A DNA stretch of 64,000 nt, taken from Phoronis australis. Taxonomy: Eukaryota; Animalia; Phoronida. Under the pieces are notes generated by a model that saw only the letters and a list, made by a program, of their open reading frames with translations, searched no databases and was not told the origin of the DNA. The stretch covers positions 178,328 to 242,327 of the forward strand of contig NMRA01000265.1 in assembly GCA_002633005.1 (NCBI GenBank), read 5' to 3'. How positions within the stretch are numbered: the first letter of the stretch is position 1; every line of letters begins with the position of its first letter. A program made the position numbers and the translations under genes. This document shows positions 39,873 through 53,500 of this stretch, piece after piece.

Positions 39873-42800
39873 TTTAAAAGTAGAGGATTTGACATCTATG
39901 ATAGACGAAACAGTCGAGTTTGTTAATGTCAGTTTTGGCTGAATTTTTATGGTATTTCTTCAGGGGAAAATAATCCTAACTTAACTTTTCATGAGGAATT
40001 CAGTTTCAGATGACAATCATTTAAAAATCAATACTTATAGTATATGATTTTGCAATTTTCTTCCAATCGCAAATGTAGTAATTGCCCTGCGCTGTGGAAA
40101 AGGAGGTGAGTGTTCATAATACGGAGAATTGATGACATCAGCGGTTCCTGTTCAAATCTACTGAATCTACCATGAAACAGGCTAAGTAAAATAACTCACC
40201 CCCAAATCATGAACCAAACCAACAGGGGATTGCATGGGTCTCTAACAAGAGAACAAGAAACTATTGCAGATCTGGCTGAGGTCTGAGCTACCCTCCCCCC
40301 ACCCCTTAAGAAAAGTGTTTTACAAACTGTTTACACAAATCCAATGCCAAAAGATCCTGGTGCAAAACTTGACCAAGATAGAGAGTTACGAACTCTTCTT
40401 GATAAATAAAGTATCAAAACACCAGGTTCCAAACGTAGTACATCTGAAAACCTCCTAGGTTACTCCACAAATAAAGGATTTGCATGACAGCTGATGATTG
40501 TTTGTTATTAGTGCAGGCTGACAAAACCTTTACATGATTTGGATTTACAAACAATGGACTTATGGGATTTTCTTGATATCCAATTTTTTGACTTGGTAAA
40601 ATACAGGATGCAGCAAGCAGACAACAAGCTAAAATCTTAATTGCCAGGTTAACTAAGGATGGACACTCCTTCAGCAAAGCCTATGGACATTTGTGTATAC
40701 CATAAACAAATGCATATCTGAAGAAAAAACATGTTTAGGAAGGTATAAGATAAAAGTGCAAAACCTTTGTAATCTTTTGATCAGCGGCATCCAACTGTAT
40801 GTTTAAGGTATCAAAATGTGTTTGAATACAATGGTTTATCCTGATTAAGTTATTTGAAAACAATACACCAAGCAATGATACAGCATTTTAACTGGTTTTT
40901 CTTGAAAACACCAGGAAGAAAAAACAACAAAAGCCGGTGAAAGTACATTTGAAAGTCAAAACACACTTGAACAAATATGCGTTCCCTTTAAGTTCAAAAA
41001 GGTAGCACAAATTAAACACTTGAGAAGGCAAATAAGTGAGGTGTTGAAAGAAAAAAAGCCTGTCAAATACACCCTCTAAATCAACATAAAAGATACTGTC
41101 TTGCGAACATGGCAAGACTAATTAAAGTACACAACTTTTCTAAATTTAGCATCATATTTGATAAAACAGAAATACTTGTAAGGTAACCAATGACTTGGAA
41201 ATGCAGAGCATGTGTAAAGAGCGAGATAAAAAAATTTAATGTAGCTGAACTAATGTGGTATCATTTCATGTAAGCATACATCTGAGTAATTATCTGATAA
41301 CCCAGATTGGATCCTTAGAAATGTGGTAGAATTGACCTGCACTCAGACATAACTTAAGCAATTAATAGTCAATTGCAAAATACATACCACCTGCATTTTT
41401 CATTCATTTTCTTTCCAAGTTTTATTCCAACTCACGGATTGTGTCACCTGATAAATAATACACCAAAAATTTACACTTAAATTACCATACCTTATGATAT
41501 GTGTGTTTTATAATTTCTATTCAACAAACAGTAGTTCCAACACAGAGTAATTAAGGAATGGAAAGGACCCCACCACCCTCCCCACACACTACATACTGCA
41601 ACTCATATGCTATTAGCAACATACGGTCCGATTCATATGGTAAACAACCATGTTTACCTAAATGCCAACTATCACAACAAATTTTACCTATATTTTGCCC
41701 CATTGTGCTGGCTAAAAAAACAAAAATTTATTTAGTTTATCGGGGTTCGAAAATGGCACATGTACGCAATGCTTGCGAGTTTCCTGTCATGCTAAGGAAT
41801 ATCATCAGTTAATTTATGAGTTATAGGCCTTAAACAATTTTCATTTTTAGCCAGCTAAACAGGGTGAAATGAACTTTTAAATGCCCATGGTTGTCGTGTT
41901 CGGCTTAGCACCCACCCCCAAATTCATATTTGAGACTTCCGTAGCGCCAGTCAGTGAACTCCTGCCTAACAAGAATTTTAGCTCTCGAAATGTACACAAC
42001 TCGTTCACAGTTTGTCCAGTTTTGGAAGCTAAAAAGAAAAATCAACTAGACCTTTAACTCTCATGATAAATCAGTCTCATAATTTTCTTTTCCATGAGAG
42101 AAAATGCTTTTCAAGTTAACTGGGGTTGATCAACCCTAAAATTGAGGATTCGGAACTCAAGCAAATATGGCGCATGTACATATGGCCTGTATCTTCAGTT
42201 CCCTTATAATCATTATAAGGAATACCATGAGATTAATTTGACGAGAGTAAATAAGCCCAATTCGATTTCATTTTTAGCTAGCTAAACAGGGCAATAAGCA
42301 GCCCAAGCTTGACTTTGCATCTTGGCTTAGCTTAGCAACCACCTCAGAAATCATACAATCAAGACTTTCTGAAAAATGCCAGTGTCTTATGGTGAATGCC
42401 TGTCTCAAAAGAATTTTAGCTCTCAAAATGTACACAACTCACTTAACCTTCGGGAAACAAACTGTCAGTTTCAGCTGCCAATACTCTGCGGGGGGGATGC
42501 TTCTTTTGGCTCATGTATCCTGCTTGTGTTCAAAAATGGCAAAGGCATTTGAGTGACTGACTGAACTATTCCAATACACTCGCAACACAACTATTAATTT
42601 TTTTGTTTTTAATTGCTTGGCTGAACACCCACCCCACTAAATTTTTGTTCAATTCAAATGCTGTGCGGGCTTTGCATTAAGACTCAAACAAATACAGTAA
42701 GTATTTCAGTTATTTCTTAGTCGACAGACCTGTCTCCCGTTCAGTAAGGCTAGGACCTCGCTAAAAAGCAAGACTTCGCGAGATTTCGTGAGACATTGCC

Positions 42801-43664
42801 GTACATTTTAAATGAAAAAACTGACTATAGCTACATTTTAGCAGGGTCCTAGCATAGGTCCTAGCGTTACTGAACGCACGCCTGTCTACCACCAAAACTA
42901 CATTAAAGTACTTTGGACACCAGATTTGCAGAGTTTTTAGTAAATTTTCAGATTTCCGCAACAAGACCAAACATCGAAAATTCAAACATTTCAACATGTT
43001 AGCCTACTGAAACTGTGTTGTGCTGGTACTTTTTCTAGTTACGTACTTACTTTTGAAACAGTTTTTAAAATACACAGTGTCCTGTGTCGACCATAGTTTT
43101 ATTACCGGTAACTGTTTTTTCATCACTGAATAAATGAGTGTTGCAGGACCTGATCTACGTAATTTTCCACACAGGAAAAAAGAACTCCTTTGCAGGCAAC
43201 ATGCTGACTGGTCAGAGGGTGCTAAAAACTTCTAGTATTTTAATCACTCACATGAATCCTGTATCATATGCTAGAACTATCAAACATCTTTCTTAGAGCT
43301 ATCAAAGGTTGCCAGTATTAACCCAACAAAAATTCGTCTAATAAGACACTTGACCGGTACCTAACTTAGTGGTGAAATCCAACGGGAGTATTTGCCAATG
43401 TGCTTCCAAAAGCAACAATCCGAAAAGTTAAAGTGGGCGAGACTTTTATAACATGATCTGGACTAGCTGGGATATTTGATGATGATATAGGTTCACAAAA
43501 CCATGCTTTTATTATTGACTGTGAAGTTGGATTGGGAAATTAATGCACCTGAGTTCTCTCATTCAGGCACTGAGATAACTTCACTTTTGGAAGTGTTTCA
43601 CATAAACTTAACAACACAAGGCTTGAAAATCAACAAGCAATATCAGGATCATTTATCTAGAAAT

Positions 43665-43832
43665 CAATGGCGGATTTAAGGGGAGACAAGTGTGCCATGG
43701 CTCCCCCCGCCCCCGAAAAAAATTCTCCGATTCCATTTGGCAGTTCGGAGGTAAGAATGTCTGACAGGCAAAATCCTGGCAAATACTCTGCCCTGCCCCT
43801 CCCCCCAACTCAAAATCCTGGATCTGTCCCTG
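43665..43832. mobile_element. Short G/C-run MITE (hAT-like CAGGGGCGGAT termini); copies at 48190-48347 (inverted) and 55125-55486
   Basis: caatggcggatttaagggg ... cctggatctgtccctg. Internal gattccatttggcag is shared with 55171 and, as the reverse complement, with 48277. Confidence 0.75.
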
Positions 43833-46538
43833 TAAATGTGTTAAAATATGAAATGCTTCTTGCCACGATTTCCGCAATTTCCTTGGCGGACATCATTAAA
43901 TAGTGGAGTGTTGAACCCTCATGGGGGACATCAAGGAAAAGGCGTGGATCCTGGGTGAGGATTTCACACCGATGACAAGCTCAAAGCATCAGTGTAAAAC
44001 CTGGCAAAACTGTTAAAATCTGAGCAAAAAGTGTGTAATCCCTGAAAAAATGTAATAATTGTAGAAAAAAAAACTGCCATGCTACTGTGAAAACTTTAGG
44101 TACAATCAAGGAGCAGATCAATAGAGTTAGTGGTGAGCACCATAGGCAAATCTTAGTGGAACAGATTGTGTATTGATGGAGAATAACTGTTGTCGAAACA
44201 ATGAACAATGTTTACCGTAGGCCGTATCAAAGTAAAAAAATAAATCATAAGCAAACCAAAAGACCAACATGACTGATGACTGTTTTTAAAATTGAAAAGT
44301 AAATATCAGCCATCTTCAAATTTCTAAAATCTATGCGTTATGAGAGAGATTAGCTCATAGGTTCACAATCAGAAAAAAGCAAGCCCTGTATCAATGAGGG
44401 TTTGCTCATAATAAAAACATTTATAAATTCTAGGTATTTCTAAATTATTCCAAGTTCAATGTTCCTATGTAGACAGGTGCTGCAACTTCAAAGAATAAGT
44501 ATTAAAATTAAACTACTTGCACTGGACATATGTGTGAATTAATCGCACAATAACTCAAATAGCCAGTCTGCAGAAAGGCCTACGGTGCTCATTAGAAACA
44601 GTCCAACAAGCTGTGCACAAAAATGAGTCAGGAGACTGCATAATCAGCACACATGATCAAGCAAAAATAACCCAGATGACATGAATTTTCTGAAAAACAT
44701 TGATTTGCTATTTCTGGAGCTCCTTGTCAGATAAAACGCACATTAAGTGCAGCATATTCGATATAACATCCATTATGGTACATTTTATGTGATAAATATA
44801 TTCAGAATGTTCTTCCTCAAATGTAATGGTTTGGCTAATTGGTAAACTCTAGGATGTGTGAAGTTCATCTGTTACAAATAACCTCTTACTACGTTCCAGT
44901 TCAGGATCATTGTTTTTTCTATACAACACCCTTTTGAATTTGTCAAACAATGGACTTGTGACACAAATGACTAAATCTATGGCAGACTTAGGATGACGTA
45001 AGGGGGAACACCTTGAAAACAGCAGGCTCATGGCGTCTTTAGGGTGACGTTCATAGGGGGACCCAGACCTCCTCAGCCTCCAAAATCTGCCTTAATATGC
45101 AAATCTTTGTTACCTGGGACACGGCTTAGTAATACATACGATCCCTTTAAATCTCATTGAATGACGACCACTGTAGATAAAAGTTTTTACACTGGTATAT
45201 TCTGGGCAGTGATGCGGTGCTATTATCTGTAAACTTTGTTGACTGACATAACTGCATGGCAATAGCCAAACATAGTTTGTGTTCAGTTTCTAAGGTTACA
45301 TAGGGACTGCGGAAGTGTTCGATATGACATATGCAATGCTTAACTGCAGCTCTCTGGGTTGAAATGATGAGCTGCAGACATGCAAACTGATTACTGCAGT
45401 TTTCCCTTAATTGCAAAATAACATGCAGAGTGGCTTTAATATCTTTAATCAAGCTTCAACTGAAAAGAAATTGGATTGCTGGAATTTGCCAGTTCAGTCA
45501 GAAACTATTATAGCAAAGAATTCAGACACAGTACACTGAAAGACATACTAGAAAGATGAAACACAAACCTTTAAGCAACAACTAATGTGTGAATTCATAA
45601 ATTCAGGTTTTTTGCTGGTACACCAGAATTCAGAAAAACATGGTACATACAGTCAATTGCTTGATTTCGCATCTGAATTCTACCCTAACATCCCTAAACT
45701 CCAGTCTCAGACCAGCAAACTCGAGTCACAAATCCCCAGACCCACATACTCCTAATTCCACCCACCACACACCAAAAATGTTCCAAAAATTATGACCAAA
45801 TTCCGGTCTCAGCTGGGACCAGATTTTATGGCCATGCCCCAAACTACAGCCTAGCGGTGCAGCCCTGGAATCAGTTGTACCCAGACAAGGATCTGCAAAA
45901 AGTTTATCATATCTTACATCATCTTATTCTAACTATATATTCTGGACCTGAACAATTAGCTCTGAACCTGAAGTTAGCAAGCAAAAATAATCTCAAATGG
46001 TAACAGTAACTACCGTCTACTCAGGGGTTCTTGATGATGAGCAGGGCATCCAAATGCTGAACAGGGTGTCTAAATTTGAGTCAAGGGTGTCAATTTGGAG
46101 ACTGGAAACCTCCCATGGAGACCTTTTTCACTCCAAAACTGATGTCACTCTTGTAATCGGCTCATGAATATTCCTTAAAATGACTTAACCTAATATTTTT
46201 TGTTTCGTCTTTTCCGAGCATTGAAATGAGAAATGAGTTTTAAAAGATGGTCTTCCGTAAGTGGTTTTACCCAATTCTCCTCATTGAAAACAAATTGTGG
46301 AGACAAAATCACTTTCATGAATACTCTTTAAAAACAAGTAAAAATATTCAGTGTTAATTAATTTCATTCGAAGTATCCAAACACCAGCAGCCACACATTG
46401 AAAGGAATTCTTGTGTACCTCCTTTTGTCATGTTCATCTTAGAACATTGGAGTCTGCTAATTCATCTGGTAAACTCTTTCATGTCAGCTGGAGGGGGTTT
46501 GATACGCTTTACCTGACCTGCTGACCCCACAGAAAGAG

Positions 46539-46721
46539 GTGTTGTCAGCTGACTATTTTCATACCAACTCACTCAAACTCTCTTGTCCATGTATATTTTA
46601 ATCATCTGCAGGACAACAATGTAGATCACCAAGAGACATTATCACTAATTGTTGTCCTGTGGATGACCTACAAATATACAGAGTTTGAGCGAGCATGTAA
46701 GAATATCGCCAACTGACAACA
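46539..46721. repeat. Degenerate fold-back, about 180 bp
   Basis: gtgttgtcag..ctcactcaaactct..tgtatattt..tcatc..caggacaacaat is mirrored by attgttgtcctg..gatga..aaatatacagagtttgagcgag..ctgacaacac. Confidence 0.8.
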
Positions 46722-48189
46722 CTGTGGTGCATTTAATGAAGTCTGACAGATATTTCTGAAAAGTTGTGAGATTAAGTGTACAAGATAAACATTAACTCAG
46801 TAACCAGCCACTTTCACAAAAATCCATAACTCCAACTTCAACATGCAAGCATTTAAATAAGACGGCTTTTCAGACACCCAGAATACTTTAGCAATCGGAT
46901 GCCCGGGAATTTTGTATCATCATTTCTAAAATTGTGTTGGCCATTTCATTGTTAAGACCAAATATACTATCACCTCAAACATAACAGATTATCACCTAAA
47001 GCAAAACAAACTCTTAGATGTGTTTCTCTAGACTTGGAGTGTTGGTTGCATGTCTAAATAAACTACCATAAGATTCAGATAACCAGTAAAAGATATTTAG
47101 ATGATGGACATTATCATTCATCCATGTGGAGCAATAATTCTAGGAAAACAAATCACTTATATAATTTTCGGGCTCTCACTTGTGTGAATTTTCGGAGGGA
47201 CTCGAGAAAATCACGTAGAGAGCCCCCCCCCCTCATTAAACTCTGCAACCCAACTAGAAAATTGTGAGTTTGTTCCAAGTTTTGAATTGCAATGTTTTCC
47301 ATTTAAGACATGCAGATGCAATAAAGATGAAAGTTTACAAAACTGAAGCCAGTCGAAAATTCTCAGCTTGAAGATGGAACGCAACACAAGAATGTGATTT
47401 AGACACCTTGCAAATTGGTCTCAAACCATTCAGTTAGACCATAGATATTCGTAAAGAGATTCGCGACTCCGTGAAGTCTCGCGGCCTAACGCAAAAGTAC
47501 GTGAGCAGGATTCAAAACTTCCGGTCTCATGGCTAAGCATAGTAACGAAGGTGAACTTTCGTTTTTATTTCAGGCCCGTCAAGCAAATTTTTGAGTTTGA
47601 AATTAATTTGTTGTGTTTAATGCAAACTAAATCGCGTATGCGAGCCATTCAAGTCGGATTATTGCTACAAAACGTGTCGGAATTATCTTGACAAGTTGTT
47701 GTTGATCGGCCTGCTTGCTGACACAGTTCAACACACGAATCGAGGCGTTTGGCCCAATGAAAAGGTTGAGCTAAATGGATAATTCTTTTCACTAGTTGAA
47801 TTCTCAGTCGTTTACGATGAAATTTAGTTTGAATTTTGCGATTTTGTATGAATTTTGGCTCGACCTAAATGTAGTTTCTCATTCGTCACTACGTCTACAA
47901 TACATAAGCCATGGTTTACCAACTGAATATATCCAAAATTCAGCAAGAGCGAAATTTTGCCATTTTCATGATTTTCAGAAGCTCATATATATTAGCATGA
48001 AAAGTGGTGGAAAATGAAAAGTATGCCACTGATATATTTAAACTTTCTTCTTTATATTGATATTCGTTTCAACAAATGGGGGCATTAATGAATATTTTTA
48101 AAAATCGAACTACTGCAGCACGTCAGAAGAGGATAAATTTGCAGTTGCTAAATATCCATTACTGAACCGATTTTAATGATATGTATATC

Positions 48190-48347
48190 CAGGGGCAGAT
48201 CCAGGATTTTGTGTTAGGGGAACCAGAGAAGAGTATTAGCTAGGATTTTGTCATTCAGACATTGGCACTCCTGATCTGCCAAATGGAATCTGGGGGAATT
48301 TTAGGGGGGTTGTAGCCCTCTTGCCTCTCCCCTTTAATTCGCTATTG
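48190..48347. mobile_element. G/C-run MITE, inverted copy of 43665-43832
   Basis: caggggcagatccaggatttt ... ctgccaaatggaatc ... ccctttaattcgctattg. Confidence 0.75.
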
Positions 48348-49039
48348 ATGTCAAACTGCTAAAAAATCTGCCTTAAGTGTACATTTTAGTTGTTTTTTTT
48401 TGACAAAGTATGGGAAAATGTTGTTTTTTAATTTATTGCCTTGTCAATTTCTAACCTGGAAAATCCTGCATATTGTACTCTCAACGTAACAATTCCTATC
48501 GTGTCCTAATCCATTCCTCATCAATTTTTTCACTTCATCTCACCATTTCCATTTAGCAATACTTCCAAAAAAGGTAAATTCAGTCATTTTTGAAGAACCG
48601 TGCTGACCTTTCCAGGGTTAAAACTAAACTCAAATTTGATTGGTCAAATGGATTAAACAGAACCAGTCAAAACTTCCCTAAATTACATAAAGTGACCCAA
48701 ATTGGTGTAATATTTCATTTAAACAGTACAGAATATTTTAAAAATGAATTCCATTAAACTTCAGCTTTGGGGATAGATTCAGTCTATTTTCTTCGAAAAT
48801 AATTTTGTTACACGTTTTCTACCTTGTGGTGGTGCTGTGATCAGTTTCATTTTTAAAAAATTATATTTTGCATTAAAATAATTGTTTATTCAAGGCTGCA
48901 GTGCATCAAAACCGTTTAGAATGAGTGTGCTCTTTTTGGATGGTCACTAGCACAACGCCTCTCAATTCCTAAATTATTTCATGCTGCTCATGGGATGTAT
49001 GACATAACAGTTGGCTGAAAACAGTAATTGCACAGATAT

Positions 49040-49120
49040 CTGTCCTCAATAGAGAGCAATAGACCCGCAATCTAAAGACCTGTGGTCCGATTCCCAGTTG
49101 GGGTTCCTGATTTTTCTGTG
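49040..49120 (+). mobile_element. Degenerate tRNA-derived SINE-like head
   Basis: B-box-like ggtccgattccc preceded by an anticodon-arm-like segment and a degenerate A box; not a foldable tRNA. Confidence 0.3.
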
Positions 49121-50213
49121 TTAATTTGAGATGCTTAACTTAAGATTGTGAAAACATTGATCTAACTTGGGGAAAAAAGAATTCATATAACCTCAAAGAT
49201 TTTTGAATAAATGACGAAATACTCTGAAAAACTAGGTTTCTGGTTTTTGCTATTTTTGAATTCATTTGTTATACCAATTTCATTTTTAGAATTGTTTTGA
49301 AATATTTTGGAACAAAAATATTTTCACCGAACCATGGTAATTTTTTAAGTGTTTTGTCGTTTGAAAGTGGTTTGGTGACGATGTCATGTTGTTAACCTAC
49401 TTGTAAAAGACTCTCTTTCTTGTTTTAGCAATACAGTAAGCTATGGATTCCCAAATATAGTTGTTTAAACTTGATATTTTTTGTGGCCTGAAATTTTTGG
49501 GTGCTATTTGCTGAAAAAAGGGCTATTTTTGAGGCTGTAATACTTAAATAACTCCAGAGCCACTTAAACAATTTTAAAAAATATATATAAATGGCATGTC
49601 TAAAGCTACCATTTTAGACTATTGAAGTGTTTCTGATGAAATTTGTATTTTGCTTTGCTCTGACAGCTACTTTTTGTAAAACATAGTACGCAAAGGGTGT
49701 TTTTGTATTCCTTCTCAGAAATGTATGCAACACTGACTTTATGTAATGTTGTTATGTTTTGTCCTGTTTGTCATTGTAAAAATCAATTCCGTTGTATATT
49801 TGTGTTGTCAATTTTCACTTAACAATTGTAAAGTAAGGCAGGGGAATCTCAGGCCCCTGTTACTTACTCATTGGAACTGGGAAAATAAAGAAATGAAAAA
49901 TGTCTAATTTGTGTGTACTGTGCTATCTGATAACCACTAAAAATAAGGCTGACAGAACACCTTTCATAACCTGAGTCTTTCCCTCTCATGTTCTCTGTTT
50001 CAAATTTTGTGATATTTTGTTTCAGTTGGTTTCATTTCATGTTATAACTTTTTTCTTCTGCAGGCAAAAATATAACACTTAAAATTGAATTCCCTTCACT
50101 AAGTATACAGTACAAAAACTTAATTTATAAAAAATATACTTTTCCTTTCCTTTCCAACGTTGAATATCTGTTGGCGTCACAAAACCCTAAAGAAAATTAC
50201 AGTGCCAACTGGT

Positions 50214-51191
50214 CCTTCAAAATTTTGACTTCTTCAATTCACTGGTTATCTCCACAACTCAAAAGTGGAACTGATTCTGGGGTAGAAATTAAACATTCAC
50301 GCTCAATGCAATACTGGAAATTAGCTCAGTTTTTTGTTAAAAAGCCATAGAAGAGTCCTGGGAGAATGAGTTCACTTTCACAAAATCACCTTCCAGATAC
50401 AACTCTTCGTTCCATATTACTTTATAGATATTCTATGTATTTGTGACATTTAGAGGATGTTCAGACACTGAAAGAGAGAAATAGACATTAGGTCTTAATG
50501 AGCATGCCCACCTACATAATCATAAGTATCACTCGTCAAGAAACTGTGGAGAATACGCCAACTCAGTCGATATGGAGAGCATGATGTGCTGCTATTAAAA
50601 ATATTGAGAGTCCCTTTTGATTACATTCTCGGAGCCCGTTTTGAATGAGCAGCAAACAGGGTCATGCTGCACTTGTTTGCACGACATTCTTGTTACCCCC
50701 TNCCTTCAAAATTTTGACTTCTTCAATTCACTGGTTATCTCCACAACTCAATAGTGGAACTGATTCTGGTGTGGAAATCAAACATTCACGCTCAATGCAA
50801 TACTGGAAATTAGCTTAGTTTTTTTGTTAAAAAGCCATAGAAGAATCCTGGGGGAATGAGTTCACTTTCACAAAATCACGTTCCAGATACAACTCTTCAT
50901 TCCATATTACTTTATAGATATTCTATGTATTTGTGACATTTACAGGATGTTCAGACACTGAAAGAGAGAAATAGACATTAGGTCTTAATGAGGATGCCCA
51001 CCTTCATAATCATAAGTATCACTCGTCAAGAAACTGTATAGAATACGCCAACACAGTCGACATGGAGAGCATGATGTGCTGCTATTGAAAATATTGAGAG
51101 TCCCTTTTGATTACATTCACAAAGCCCGTTTTGAATGAGCAGCAAACAGGGTCATGCTGCACTTGTTTGCGCGACATTCTTGTTACCCCCT
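50214..51191. repeat. About 488-bp tandem duplication across an N; probable haplotype-overlap assembly artefact
   Basis: 50214-50701 and 50703-51191 are near-identical with scattered substitutions and are joined exactly at the N (50702). Confidence 0.85.
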
Positions 51192-52199
51192 CCATTTGTC
51201 GGTCTTTGCAGTATTTCACACCTGCTATGTACCATTGCATAATTGACTAGCTTTTGCTCTATGGTGGTATTACTGTGTCATTTTATTTCCACTTGATGAA
51301 ACAAGTATTTTCAAAATATCGTTTGTCGTCTCTTGGTCAGTTTCTTTACCAATGTTCTGATGACACGAACGGAATGGAATAAAGATTGTGACAGCAACAA
51401 GTGTCATGTATCGAACCAATTTTGCATTGTCATAGCTATGTTTAGAAGTTGCCTTACAATGTAATTCTGACCTATGATAGTAGTGACGGCAATTTTTTGA
51501 CACACAACTTTTTGACACTCAAGTTTTGCAAATGACATGTCAATGCCAGTTAGCCTTTGGCCCTTGCCCTGGAACAAAGCTGTGTGAATTACAAATATTT
51601 ATTGTGTAACATTGTTACAATTTCATTTTTGTTGATTAATACATGTGCTTATGATTAAGAGCTGATTCGTGCGGTAATCTATTTAAACAAACATCAATAC
51701 TAATTCCAACAAAAAATCAGCTGATGCGCCTGTGCAACACGGGAAAATCAGCTGAAGACGTTTCTGGCGTTAATAACTCATAACATGTCTGAATTATCTT
51801 GTGAATGTTTTAAATGACATGACAGAGAACAGTATACGCATTTTATTTTTACAAGTCTTAAAAACTCCAAACAATCGAGCAATTCGACTCATTACTTTAC
51901 CAAATCTTGAAACGAGGGAACGACCGCTCCGTAAAACCGGAAGTTTTCTATCCTGCGTGTGCAGCGCCCTCTCATCGTTAGTGCTTATGTCCCGTGGCCC
52001 GCGACATGCGCAACGCGCTCTAACGGGAGTTGGCAGTCCCTATCTATAGTCTATGATTGCACGAGCTTTCATTTGGTCGTCGTCTGCACTGGTTCATAGA
52101 CATAACGCATCGCTGTCATCGGAATATATGTGAGAGGTAATTTGGTTGCGAAGTGAGCTATTTTCTAGCACCAAATATGTCATGGTGACAAGGCCAAAG

Positions 52200-52617
52200 G
52201 CAAGAAGGCCCGTGGCCGTGGTCTTGATGAGTGAGTTTAATACACTAACCTTGACGCTATGTGAAGCCAAGCATCTCGCTTGGAGCTTTGTGTGACAGAG
52301 GATGAAAATTTGGACGATAAAACGTCATTGTGCTCGGCCACACCAGCAACCAAGCGAGATAGCTCCGCTACCGAAAAGTTCGGCTTCCTTTTGTCCATGT
52401 CGTCTGCTGCAAAAGCGCTTCTTTCTCCACCTCCAAGCTTTGAAACTTCCACATCCGGTAAGCTACGTCAAACTTAAGACAAAACTTAAGTCAAAAACTT
52501 AAGACGAACTTAAGATCACTTTCTTGGAACGGACTTAAGACAAACTTAAGATTTGTCTTAAAATTGACTTAAGTTTAAGATTTGTCTTAGCTAAGTCAGT
52601 TTTGTTGGAACGGGCCC
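52200..52617 (-). mobile_element. Truncated terminus of a PIF/Harbinger transposon, parent of the 248-bp MITE family
   Basis: TIR ttttgttggaacgggccc ends at 52617. 52440-52617 is colinear with the MITE at 59981-60228 and runs directly into the Myb/SANT exon. Confidence 0.85.
52250..52398 (-). CDS. First exon of a Harbinger Myb/SANT-like (MADF/MSANTD) DNA-binding protein; rest of the gene not found
   Basis: MDKRKPNFSVAELSRLVAGVAEHNDVLSSKFSSSVTQSSKRDAWLHIASR has the RKxNFSxxE...L..KF....K..AW..IA signature and ends at donor aag|gttagt. Confidence 0.85.
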
Positions 52618-53299
52618 AGGTTCCTAGAGTAAACTAACTTCTGTAGGCCTATTTACCGGTGTTGGAAAAGTTAGCGATAGTTCATCGGCTGCTGCTAAAG
52701 TTGTGATGTGTTCTCTTGAGTCGGCTTTTTGCGATTACGTCACCTGACCCTTGCCAGTTTCTTTTCCCCCGATTCTTTTATAAAGTTCGTCGATGACGGT
52801 ACCTAGGTTGCGTAAATGTTATAACAAATTATAGGAACTTGTTTCATTTTGTTACGAGTTTTTAGTATTTTTATACCAACAAACTGAATTTTTGAACAAC
52901 CTTCGTGTTGCGAAGCTGTCATAATGTCCCGAAAGACGTATCATTTTTTAGAAAATGGCGCGTGCGCCGTGTCACGAGCGTGCTGTTTTTGAACGGACGA
53001 CACACTTCTTTGTTAAAAAGGCGGCAAATTATGCTACCAAATGACGTTTATTTGATTGTTTTCCACTTAAACGGCTGCAACGAACAGTGGGAGTGTCGGG
53101 TGACTACCAGATTTTGCATGCGCCCCCGCCGGTCCGTTAGCTTTATATGTTGATGTAGACTAAGTTTTACGAGGAGGTGACGAGTATAAGTCAACTATAC
53201 CCAGGTAGTCAACGGCTGTCTGAAATTTCGGTGTTAAAGGAGCTCAACACACAGTGGTACGATAGTCTTCATACAGCTACAGTCGGTAACTTACCTACC

Positions 53300-53500
53300 C
53301 TTCAAGTTAACAACGCTGAGTATTGGGTGACAGATGGCTGACTGGCTGGCTAGAGTCCACATTGCCCACGGCACAGTCACACCAGTGTAAATTGTTGATA
53401 CGGACTGATTGCACCGGCAAATTTTCGTCTGACGATGACGATGACTGGGTATCACTTTGTGTTGCCTCTGCTCAAACAGGTATTCCTGGTGACCCGACAT
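53300..53500 (-). pseudogene. Frameshifted exon resembling the P2X7 C-terminal-like (Kolobok accessory) protein, in a Kolobok-like relic (about 53234-53970)
   Basis: Across frames: MSGHQEYLFE / AEATQSDTQSSSSSDENLPVQSVRINNLHWCDC / GQCGL, matching YxFEP..acidic..RxxNxxWCxCGxC. Donor gtaggtaag follows; ttaaaggag at 53234 and gtcacgtgac at 53813. Confidence 0.5.

Larger units (their letters stand above)
47435..52055. mobile_element. Putative 4.6-kb TIR element with (CA)TAGA termini, possibly P-like; decayed interior
   Basis: tagaccatagata (47435) and tatctatagtcta (52041-52053) are inverted with one mismatch. Inverted subterminal motif gcaggat..aaaacttccggt at 47505 and 51936. Both ends are CpG-rich. 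No TSD seen. Confidence 0.5.

Noticed and set aside
39893-39920. Hammerhead-like tctatgatagacgaaacagtc
   Set aside because: The CUGAnGA box is missing, so at most it is a fragment.
583-47000. Remaining short ORFs of 60-125 aa in the track
   Set aside because: Low-complexity, AT-biased translations with no domain signature or splice support; expected by chance.
50214-51191. 488-bp tandem duplication as a biological event
   Set aside because: The junction coincides exactly with an N and the differences look allelic, so it is most likely an unmerged contig overlap.
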